DNA from: an uncultured Gemmatimonadota bacterium
GTDB taxonomy: Bacteria; Gemmatimonadota; Gemmatimonadetes; Palauibacterales; KS3-K002
Direction of reading: 5' to 3'
Length of the DNA stretch: 64,000 bases
Assembly (NCBI GenBank): GCA_964345885.1
Contig: CAYFSW010000091.1
Location: 25,485-89,484 of the forward strand
Shown piece by piece: positions 56,718 through 64,000 of the stretch (position 1 is the stretch's first letter; each line of letters opens with the position of its first letter). The translations under genes and the position numbers were made by a program. Below the pieces are notes generated by a model. The model saw nothing but the letters and a program-made list of their open reading frames with translations. It was not told the DNA's origin and did no database searches.

Positions 56718-58972
56718 GATGCGCCGGGGGCTGCCGGTGCCTCCGCCTCCGCGGCCAGACTGTTCTGCAGTGGATAGTCGAGGCGGTGGTGGTACATGCT
56801 GGTGAGTACCTTAACGAACTGCTGCTTGATCATATCGATCTCGCGCATGGTGAGTGGCGCCTCGTCCAGCTGGCCTTCGGAGATCTTGAATCCGACTATG
56901 CGGTCGACGAGTTCCTCTATGCCCTCGGGCGTCGGATCTTGGAGCACGCGCGCCGCCGACTCGACGGAATCGGCGAGTAGAACGATGGCCGTTTCTTTGC
57001 TCTGCGGCTTGGGACCGCCGTAACGGAAGTCCTTCGAGCTGAGCTCGGCCTCAGGGTCGAGCTCCAACGCCCTATCCCAAAAGAAGCCGATCTTCTGTGT
57101 CCCGTGATGCTCGGTGATGAACGCCATCACCGTTTCGGGCAGCCGCGCTTCCTCGGCCAACTCGAGCCCGTCCTTAACGTGTTCGCGAACGATTCCCGCG
57201 CTCGTTACGGGCTTGAGCTTGTCGTGTGGGTTGCGCCTCGGTGGCTGGTTCTCGACGAAATACTGGGGCTTCTTCACCTTGCCGATGTCGTGGTAGTAGA
57301 CGCCGACGCGCACCAGCAGGGCGTTCGCACCGATCTCACGCGCCGCCGCCTCCGCCAGGTTGGCTACGTTGATCGAGTGCGCATACGTGCCCGGTGCCTC
57401 CAACGATAGGCGTCTCAAGAGCGGCCGGTTGACGTCTGCCAGCTCGAGCAACGACTGGTCCGTGGTGATCTTCGTGAACGATTCGGCCAGCGGCAGAACG
57501 CCCACCGCGAGCAAGGTGCAGCCCACACCGTTCACCGTCCCCCAAAACACGCTCAGCACGACGTCGTCCGTATCCTGAAGGCCCATTAGGCCTAAGCTGA
57601 ATGCAGTCAGTATGTAGGTGCCGGCGATGACTGCGGCGAACGCCCAGGTATGCGCCCGCCGTCGCACCACCCTGCCGCTCAACGCAGCCGCCGCTCCACC
57701 CATCACCGTGAAGAATGTAACGTGGATCCCGGCGAACGCCGGGCTAGATGAGATCAGGGCCACCAACACGAACGCCGTCAGCAGTGCCAGCACGCCGTCG
57801 TACAGAGTCGCGATAGTCAGTGCCGCAAATGCTATCGGGATCAGCTGCCACGCCGCCTCGGTTCTCGAGATCAACGCCGCTGCACCGGCCACAGCCAATA
57901 CGAGGAACCAGATGAGGGTCAGCGAGCGACCGGAAGCATAGACGTCCGGGCGGTAGTACCTGACGACCAGGCCAAGAACTACGAGCAGCAGAATGTTGTA
58001 CAGGAATCCGCCCAGGTTAGCCGGCCACAGACGCCTGCTCTCTTGCCCGGCAAGCTGCTGCTGCAGCGCGACCAGACGTTCCCGCTGCTCGGCGCCGACA
58101 CGCTCGTGCGCCGCAACGATCATCTCTCCCTCCAGCACCTCGTAGGCGATCCGGTTCACGGCGCGCTGCGCCTGAACCCGTGCCGCCGCGGTCGCTACCC
58201 GGTTGAGAACGATCGTCGGTCGAGCGAAGTGAACGATGATGTTGTGGAACAGGCGGTGCGCGTCTACACCCAGCTCGGAGGGCGATCGCGAGTCGGCTCG
58301 CTCGAAGAACTGCTCCATCGTGGTCAGCGAATCGCCACGCACCAGCGTCTCGCCCGCCGCCGACCGCAAGCTGACTCCGCTGGAGGCCACGTCGCCCAGG
58401 TCCGATCCACTCACCACACCGGGCCGCAGCAACCCCTGGAACGTCGACTCGACCGACGTCCAGAACAGCGCCCGCGACTCGGCCGCCATTAGCAGCGCTA
58501 CCTGGTTCTCCGACGCCGCGATCCCATATTCGTCGAGCAGAGCACGCACCTCGCGGCGTCCGCTCTCCTGGTCCGCGGCACCAGCGACGATTGCCTCCAC
58601 CGTGTCGAAGAACGCGCGCGCGGCGCTGATCGAGCTATCGGCAAGTTCCGGCCCGTGATCGAAGATGGGCTCGACGCCGGCAGCGGCCTCCGCCCGCGCC
58701 CGAGTCAACTCCGCCTCCGACTTGTAGACCGGGAAAGTGACCGGTGCGATCACGTCCTCCTGCGCCACCATCCCTTCCTGCAGCACGATCACGTCGCGAG
58801 CCGAGCCGCGCGGAAAAACGAAGACGATGACGAGCGCGGCGGAGACCAAGAGAAGCAGACGATAGCCCTGGCTGAAACGGCGTGCCAAGAGCTGTACGCC
58901 GCGGCGCCTCGTTAGCTCACGCATCAGGTAGCGTATCCGGACCGTAATCTTGCCCTTGCGACCCGGATTCAT
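56714..58972 (-). CDS. 7TM-receptor-linked HD hydrolase (7TMR-HDED, YqfF-like)
   Basis: N-terminal extracytoplasmic and 7-TM regions, then an HD domain (HSINVANLA...YYHDIGK). Confidence 0.8.
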   Translation of the reverse strand: MNPGRKGKITVRIRYLMRELTRRRGVQLLARRFSQGYRLLLLVSAALVIVFVFPRGSARDVIVLQEGMVAQEDVIAPVTFPVYKSEAELTRARAEAAAGVEPIFDHGPELADSSISAARAFFDTVEAIVAGAADQESGRREVRALLDEYGIAASENQVALLMAAESRALFWTSVESTFQGLLRPGVVSGSDLGDVASSGVSLRSAAGETLVRGDSLTTMEQFFERADSRSPSELGVDAHRLFHNIIVHFARPTIVLNRVATAAARVQAQRAVNRIAYEVLEGEMIVAAHERVGAEQRERLVALQQQLAGQESRRLWPANLGGFLYNILLLVVLGLVVRYYRPDVYASGRSLTLIWFLVLAVAGAAALISRTEAAWQLIPIAFAALTIATLYDGVLALLTAFVLVALISSSPAFAGIHVTFFTVMGGAAAALSGRVVRRRAHTWAFAAVIAGTYILTAFSLGLMGLQDTDDVVLSVFWGTVNGVGCTLLAVGVLPLAESFTKITTDQSLLELADVNRPLLRRLSLEAPGTYAHSINVANLAEAAAREIGANALLVRVGVYYHDIGKVKKPQYFVENQPPRRNPHDKLKPVTSAGIVREHVKDGLELAEEARLPETVMAFITEHHGTQKIGFFWDRALELDPEAELSSKDFRYGGPKPQSKETAIVLLADSVESAARVLQDPTPEGIEELVDRIVGFKISEGQLDEAPLTMREIDMIKQQFVKVLTSMYHHRLDYPLQNSLAAEAEAPAAPGAS

Positions 58973-59973
58973 TCGTTCTCCTCAAGATTGTCATTGCTCG
59001 GGCGGACCCGCGCATACGCCTTGATGATCTCCTTGACCAGGCGGTGACGCACCACGTCCACCTCGGTCAAGTAGACGAATGATATCCCATCAATCCCTTG
59101 TAGTATCCGCTCGACCTCGAGCAGCCCGGAGTCCTCGCGGCGCGGCAGGTCGATCTGCGTCTTGTCGCCGGTGATCACCGCTTTCGAGTTCAGGCCCAGC
59201 CGCGTAAGAAACATCTTCATCTGCAACGTGGTCGTATTCTGAGCCTCATCGAGTATGACGAACGCATCGGACAACGTGCGGCCGCGCATATAGGCGAGCG
59301 GCGCGATTTCCAGCGTTCGGTTCTCTAGCGCTCGACGGAGTTGCTCCGGCGGCATCATGTCGCCCAGTGCATCGTAGAGCGGTCGTAGGTAGGGGTCGAC
59401 TTTCTCTTCCACGCTGCCGGGAAGGAATCCGAGTTGCTCGCCGGCTTCGACCACGGGGCGAACGAGGACTATGCGGCGCAGGCGCTTCTTGTGAAGAGCG
59501 TCGACCGCCATGGCCACGGCGATGTACGTCTTACCGGTTCCCGCCGGCCCGACACCGATCACGATCTCGGTGCGGTTGATCTCGTCGATGTAGAGCTTCT
59601 GACCAGCGGACTTCGGCGTAATGACCTTCCGCGACCCCGGCAGGATGATCTTGCTGTCCTCGAGGGCGCTGGGCGGCAGTCCCTCGCTCTCAGCCACGAC
59701 ATCCGCGAAGCGACCGATATCGCTCACGGAGAAGGGTGTCTCCATGCGGGCGAGATCGATCATGTGCCGGGCGATGGGCACACAACGCTCCACTTCAGCG
59801 AGCGACCCTGAGAGTACTACCTCGTCGTCTCTCAAGACGACACGGCATCCGCAAATACGAGCCAACTCCTGGAGGTTGGCATCGTTCACGCCAGCCAGAA
59901 TGAGCTGGTCGGCCCCTTCGGCCGCCAGGCGATGTTGGATGATCTGCGACGAGTCCGTCGACTGATCAGGCAT
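58969..59973 (-). CDS. phoH: PhoH-like ATPase
   Basis: GPAGTGKTY (Walker A) and ...TGDKTQIDLP... PhoH signatures. A start at MPDQST overlapping the aspS stop is preferred over the longer track ORF. Confidence 0.85.
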   Translation of the reverse strand: MPDQSTDSSQIIQHRLAAEGADQLILAGVNDANLQELARICGCRVVLRDDEVVLSGSLAEVERCVPIARHMIDLARMETPFSVSDIGRFADVVAESEGLPPSALEDSKIILPGSRKVITPKSAGQKLYIDEINRTEIVIGVGPAGTGKTYIAVAMAVDALHKKRLRRIVLVRPVVEAGEQLGFLPGSVEEKVDPYLRPLYDALGDMMPPEQLRRALENRTLEIAPLAYMRGRTLSDAFVILDEAQNTTTLQMKMFLTRLGLNSKAVITGDKTQIDLPRREDSGLLEVERILQGIDGISFVYLTEVDVVRHRLVKEIIKAYARVRPSNDNLEENE

Positions 59974-61780
59974 CTGTCCGCCTAATTCTCTTGATTCCCA
60001 ATTCCTTGAGCTCCTCATCGGCAATCGGCGCGGGCGCATCTTCCATGAGTGCTCGAGCCGCCGTGGTCTTCGGGAAGGCGATCACCTCACGTAGCGATGA
60101 ACCGCCTGCCAGGTGCATGACGACGCGATCGAGGCCTATAGCGAACCCACCGTGAGGCGGCGCGCCGTACTTGAAGGCCTCCAACAGGAAACCGAACTTG
60201 CGCTCCGCCTCCTCGGGCCCGATGCCGAGGACGGCCAGTACCCGACGCTGCATGCTCGGCTCGTTGATACGGATGCTGCCGCTGCCGAGTTCCGAGCCGT
60301 TGTAGACCAGATCGTAGGCACGCGAACGTATCGACAGGGGGTCTTTTTCCAGCAGATCCACGTCCTCGGGGTTGAGTCCGGTAAACGGGTGGTGGCTCGG
60401 TACCGGCTCGCCGCTCGCGGGGTCACGCTCGAACAGCGGAAACTCCGTCACCCAGAGGAATCGGTCGCCCTCTTGCACGGCGTCCATGACCGACCCGAGG
60501 TGGCGGCGCAAGGCATCGAGAGCGGCGTTCCCCTGTGGGTCCGGACCGGCGATCGACACGATCAGGTCACCCTCTTTCGCCTGCAGCCGTCCCCTCAGTG
60601 CGGCCAGCTCCGTCTCTGAGAGCTTGGCCCCGAAACCTCCCTGCGCCCCCGAATCGCTGAGCTTGGTCCAGAGTGCACCGGGGGCGCCGGCGTTCTGCGC
60701 CACCTTGTCCAAACCATCGAGGACCTTGCGGGAGAGCTGCGCGCCGCCGGGCACCCGGAAGCCGCGTACCCTGCCGCCACCCTCTACGGCTCCGCGGAAG
60801 ATGCGGAATTCGCTACCCCGCAAGTCGTCGCTGAGGTCGCGCAGCTCCCAGGCGATTCGCAGGTCCGGCTTGTCCGTGCCGTAACGTTCCAGCGCATCGC
60901 GATACGACATGCGCTGGAAGGGGCGCTCTACGGTGCGACCGGCAACCTCCTTCCATACCGCCGCCATCACGATCTCGATCACCGTCCAGACGTCGTCCTC
61001 GGCGACGAAGGACATCTCGATGTCGAGCTGAGTGAACTCCGGCTGGCGGTCGGCGCGCAGATCTTCATCGCGCAGGCAGCGGGCGATCTGGAAATAGCGG
61101 TCGAAGCCCGACACCATGAGTATCTGCTTGTAGAGCTGCGGCGACTGGGGAAGAGCGTAGAATTCACCGGGGCTCACGCGGCTTGGCACAACGTAGTCGC
61201 GCGCGCCCTCGGGAGTCGGCCGCGTGAGCATCGGGGTCTCGACATCGACGAACTCGAGCTCGTCCAGCGCGCGGCGGATCGCCTGGAAGGCACGATGGCG
61301 CAGCACGAAGTTACGCAGCATCTCGGGGCGTCGCAGGTCGAGATAACGATAGCGCAATCGCAACTCTTCCGAAGCCAGCTCCTCGTCCGCACCGTAGGCG
61401 ACTAGTATCGGAGTTGTCTCGGCCGGCGCCAGTTGAACGATACCCTCCGCTTTCACCTCGACTTCACCCGTTGCCATGTCCCGATTCACGGCCTCCGGCG
61501 GCCGCGCCACGACATCGCCCTCGATTGCCACCACGACCTCAGAGCCGATCCGTCGCGCATTCTCCATCGCCTCGTTCGACAACACGTCGGGATCGCACGA
61601 TACCTGCACGACGCCCATGCGATCACGGAGGTCGATGAAGATCAGGCCGCCCAGATCCCGACGCCGGTGGACCCAGCCCGCCAAGCGGACCTTGCTGCCG
61701 ACATGTTCGGACCGCAACTCGCCCGCCATATGGGTGCGATACGAAGTGCTGTACAAGGAAGCCGTCATGCGGTCAGCCAA
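59966..61780 (-). CDS. aspS: Aspartate--tRNA ligase
   Basis: An OB-fold anticodon-binding N-domain (RLAGWVHRRRDLGGLIFIDLRD) and class II motifs (FRDE-like, GLDR). Confidence 0.9.
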   Translation of the reverse strand: MADRMTASLYSTSYRTHMAGELRSEHVGSKVRLAGWVHRRRDLGGLIFIDLRDRMGVVQVSCDPDVLSNEAMENARRIGSEVVVAIEGDVVARPPEAVNRDMATGEVEVKAEGIVQLAPAETTPILVAYGADEELASEELRLRYRYLDLRRPEMLRNFVLRHRAFQAIRRALDELEFVDVETPMLTRPTPEGARDYVVPSRVSPGEFYALPQSPQLYKQILMVSGFDRYFQIARCLRDEDLRADRQPEFTQLDIEMSFVAEDDVWTVIEIVMAAVWKEVAGRTVERPFQRMSYRDALERYGTDKPDLRIAWELRDLSDDLRGSEFRIFRGAVEGGGRVRGFRVPGGAQLSRKVLDGLDKVAQNAGAPGALWTKLSDSGAQGGFGAKLSETELAALRGRLQAKEGDLIVSIAGPDPQGNAALDALRRHLGSVMDAVQEGDRFLWVTEFPLFERDPASGEPVPSHHPFTGLNPEDVDLLEKDPLSIRSRAYDLVYNGSELGSGSIRINEPSMQRRVLAVLGIGPEEAERKFGFLLEAFKYGAPPHGGFAIGLDRVVMHLAGGSSLREVIAFPKTTAARALMEDAPAPIADEELKELGIKRIRRTDA

Positions 61781-61896
61781 TCGCTAGGGTGTGTCGTATC
61801 AGTCCAGCGTGACAGTCGCTCGATACGGATGGGGAGGAACCGGACGTGAGGGTCTGAGCGACTTTCTCATTTATCTCCTGGGACCGAGGGTGCCTA

Positions 61897-62364
61897 TCAA
61901 ATCGCGCTCTCAGCCTCTCCTAGTATTTCACAGAACCGACGCGCATCCTTCGCCGACACAAGCTGCTGGCGCAGCGACTCCCCACTCAACAGCCGGCTGA
62001 TCCGGCTCAACAGGCGCACCTGCGAGTCCGCCGCGGTTTCCGGGCCGAGGACCAGGAACAGCAGCCGCACCGGCTCAGCGTCCAACGCGCCGAATTCCAC
62101 CGGTCCCCGTGAGACTCCGGCGGCCATGGCAATCGTGCCCAGGCCGGCGATCTTGGCATGCGGGAGCGCGATCCCGTTTCCGATACCTGTGCTGAGTACT
62201 TCCTCGCGCTCCCAAACCGCCTTGTGTATCTCGTCGCGCCGCGCTGCAAGTCCCGCCGACTCTGCGGCCAGGTCCACCAGCTCCCCCAGGACGCTCTCCT
62301 TATCGAGGCCCTCCAGAGGTACTTTGACACGCTCGGGGGCGAGCAGGTCGCCGACCCGCAACAT
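61897..62364 (-). CDS. ptsN: PTS EIIA(Ntr)-type regulatory protein (PtsN-like)
   Basis: GIGNGIALPHAKI (the phospho-His region of EIIA type 2). The start is taken at MLRVGDLL; the track ORF is extended upstream. Confidence 0.7.
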   Translation of the reverse strand: MLRVGDLLAPERVKVPLEGLDKESVLGELVDLAAESAGLAARRDEIHKAVWEREEVLSTGIGNGIALPHAKIAGLGTIAMAAGVSRGPVEFGALDAEPVRLLFLVLGPETAADSQVRLLSRISRLLSGESLRQQLVSAKDARRFCEILGEAESAI

Positions 62365-62490
62365 AGTCTGATCCCCAGGGGTGCTTCCTGCCCCGCTCTG
62401 CATTCCCTCTCGCGACCTCGACAATATCGGTAACCACGACGATTTCCCAACGAGCAAAGATAAAAGCGCTACTCGGACCCATCAACATGA

Positions 62491-62994
62491 CTAGCCCGGC
62501 CACAGACGCCGTGCCGCGCGCTTCACACGCTGCCACCAAAGGCCTCCCCCTTGCGCCTGCGGCTCGACGTTGTGCAACTGGAGGCCGCCGCCCCAATCGG
62601 TCCCGAGGATCACCGTCACGTCGAGATAGAGGTTTCTATCGGGCTCGTGTAGCACGCGGCGAAGTCCGAGGGCGTCGGCAACCCGCCGAGCCGGCTCCAG
62701 ATCGTCCAGCCGGGCGATGACAACCGAGCTATCGCGGTCGAACGACCCGAGATTGCCGTAGTAGACCACGTCGAAGTCGAGGTCGCGCAGCCGTTCGGTT
62801 GCGCGAACGGCCAGCCTGTCCACACCCGCACCGTTGAGAACTTCCACTCGGATTCGCCGTCCGCCCCAGTGTCCCTCGGGCGGCTCGACGGTCATAGGGG
62901 TCTCGTGCCGGATCTCGAGCCATAGCGATGCGACGAACGCACCGACCACGAAGAATACGAAAGCGAGCAAGGCTGTCCGTAGGAGGCTGCTCAA
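62491..62994 (-). CDS. LytR_C-domain membrane protein
   Basis: An N-terminal TM (LLRTALLAFVFFVVGAFVASLWL), then IRVEVLNGAGVDRLAVRATERLRDLDFDVVYYGN (LytR C-terminal domain). The proposed TTG start overlaps the upstream stop (TTGA) and follows GGGGGAG. Confidence 0.6.
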   Translation of the reverse strand: MSSLLRTALLAFVFFVVGAFVASLWLEIRHETPMTVEPPEGHWGGRRIRVEVLNGAGVDRLAVRATERLRDLDFDVVYYGNLGSFDRDSSVVIARLDDLEPARRVADALGLRRVLHEPDRNLYLDVTVILGTDWGGGLQLHNVEPQAQGGGLWWQRVKRAARRLWPG

Positions 62995-63599
62995 GTCTCC
63001 CCCCCGCAATCTGCCGCACCGTCTCTCTGCAGCTCGTTCCAAAACGCGACGGTCTCACGACGCAAGGGCCTTCCGCGATTCAGTACCTCCCGAATGCGGC
63101 GGGCACAAACGCGCCTCAGCGCCGCATCGGGCTCGTGGGGAAGCGCGGCGCGCATCGCGGCGTTCTCCACCGGGGCATACGGGCGCCCCGGCTCGAGGTA
63201 ATCCGCCAAATAGAGGTAGCGACCCAGGGCGCCAAACCCGCGATGGCCGAGACTGTGGTAGCGGATCGCGTCGAGTAGCTCGCGGTCGTCAACACCCTCC
63301 GCGCTGAGTCGCTCCGCGGCAGCCGGCCCGTGCTGTACCTGCGCCGGATAGTGGGCGGCTGCAGCGGCGAGCGACTCGGGATCCTCATCACGTAACGAGT
63401 CGTGCAACCAGCCCGCCGCGACCCAGCGCATGCGGTCGCTGTCGTCCAGGCCGAGCTCGGCGGCCCAGCTCGTTAGCAGCTCCGCCACCGAAGCGAGGTG
63501 GGTCAGGCGCCCCGTGCGCACGCGGGCCCAGACGGGCAGCTCTCCGCGGGCCGCTGCGACGATAAGGGGATGTAGTTTCCGGCGTGTCATCAGATTCAA
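62991..63599 (-). CDS. yqeK: HD-domain Ap4A hydrolase YqeK
   Basis: WLHDSL..., ...LLDAIRYHSLG..., ...YLADYLEPGR... match the YqeK motifs (DAIRYHTSG, YVADYIEPNR). Confidence 0.8.
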   Translation of the reverse strand: MNLMTRRKLHPLIVAAARGELPVWARVRTGRLTHLASVAELLTSWAAELGLDDSDRMRWVAAGWLHDSLRDEDPESLAAAAAHYPAQVQHGPAAAERLSAEGVDDRELLDAIRYHSLGHRGFGALGRYLYLADYLEPGRPYAPVENAAMRAALPHEPDAALRRVCARRIREVLNRGRPLRRETVAFWNELQRDGAADCGGET

Positions 63600-63780
63600 T
63601 AATCAGTAACCCGTATCCGATGATCATCTGGCCAAGCGCTGCTCAAGACCCAAGACCCGATGTCCAAACACCAACATTCCACGGATCCGGATACTTGGCG
63701 ATCGATCATCGAAATATGGGACTTGTTAAGCGAAGGCCCCTTGGCAACATGACCAATGGTTATCGGATATTGGATATTCT

Positions 63781-64000
63781 CTATAACATCTTTGCCAGGC
63801 CCGGGTCTGGCGCTCCCAGTCGCGCATTATCGATCAGCCGCGTCGTGCCGACTCGAGCGGCCACAACCACGACAGTCTCCTCGTCCGCCTGTTGGACCGG
63901 CTCCAGTTCGTGGGCGGAGACTACCTCGACGTACTCGACATCCACGCCGCCGGCCTCCTCCATGGTCTTCAACACACCCCGCCCGATCATCGCCGCGTCC
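63781..64000 (-). CDS. panC: Pantoate--beta-alanine ligase, C-terminal fragment; the gene continues beyond the window end
   Basis: ...VVVAARVGTTRLIDN... matches the PanC C-terminus. Confidence 0.55.
   Translation of the reverse strand, partial: DAAMIGRGVLKTMEEAGGVDVEYVEVVSAHELEPVQQADEETVVVVAARVGTTRLIDNARLGAPDPGLAKML

Noticed and set aside
63600-63780. AT-rich spacer examined for a tRNA or other RNA gene
   Set aside because: No acceptor-stem or T-loop (GTTCRANYC) pattern is recognisable by eye. It is retained only as a motif-sharing spacer in the findings.

Overview
The window is a high-GC (about 65-70%) bacterial chromosomal segment, gene-dense and mostly transcribed on the minus strand. 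The phylum is uncertain; the domain repertoire (PEGA/FHA/Hanks kinase, HEAT-cNMP transporter, TPR, PKD lipoprotein) is typical of Gemmatimonadota-, Acidobacteriota- or Myxococcota-like genomes.

Housekeeping genes I recognise directly from the translations:
- rplU-rpmA, followed by a clean intrinsic terminator
- an RNase E/G family nuclease
- aspS
- the phoH / 7TM-HD / ybeY block
- MgtE
- PtsN-like EIIA
- YqeK
- a panC fragment at the right edge
- RecQ

Accessory or unusual content:
1. A minus-strand signalling operon at the left edge: a SixA-phosphatase/histidine-kinase fusion, a roughly 1055-aa TLC-type transporter fused to HEAT repeats and a C-terminal cyclic-nucleotide-binding domain, a stand-alone receiver, and a sensor-less histidine kinase that runs off the window.
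2. A four-gene plus-strand operon (36.1-43.6 kb): a tandem-FHA protein, a secreted NHL beta-propeller/TPR protein, a transmembrane Hanks Ser/Thr kinase with Ig-like and PEGA ectodomains, and an FHA-GAF-HD-GYP c-di-GMP phosphodiesterase. I consider this the most interesting candidate system in the window: a phospho-threonine to c-di-GMP signalling module.
3. recQ flanked co-directionally by a higBA and a vapBC toxin-antitoxin pair. The higBA cassette is bracketed by a ~115-bp, ~80%-identical duplicate of the recQ 5' end.
4. A ~9-kb acyl-CoA operon mixing a split B12 mutase plus MeaB, a carboxyltransferase, AtuA(DUF1446)/DUF4387, a GalT-like HIT nucleotidyltransferase and small membrane proteins.
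5. Tandem paralogous secreted M14 carboxypeptidases next to a TAT-exported MBL hydrolase and a MazG-like pyrophosphohydrolase.
6. A lower-GC islet (about 32.2-33.4 kb) with two hypothetical genes.
7. Several intergenic structured or repetitive elements: a ~140-nt long inverted repeat, AT-rich spacers sharing a CGGATATTGG motif, recurrent heptad-phased CGGT tandem repeats at three promoter regions, and short tandem repeats.

No rRNA, tRNA or CRISPR array was recognised by eye. tRNAs cannot be fully excluded without a covariance-model search.
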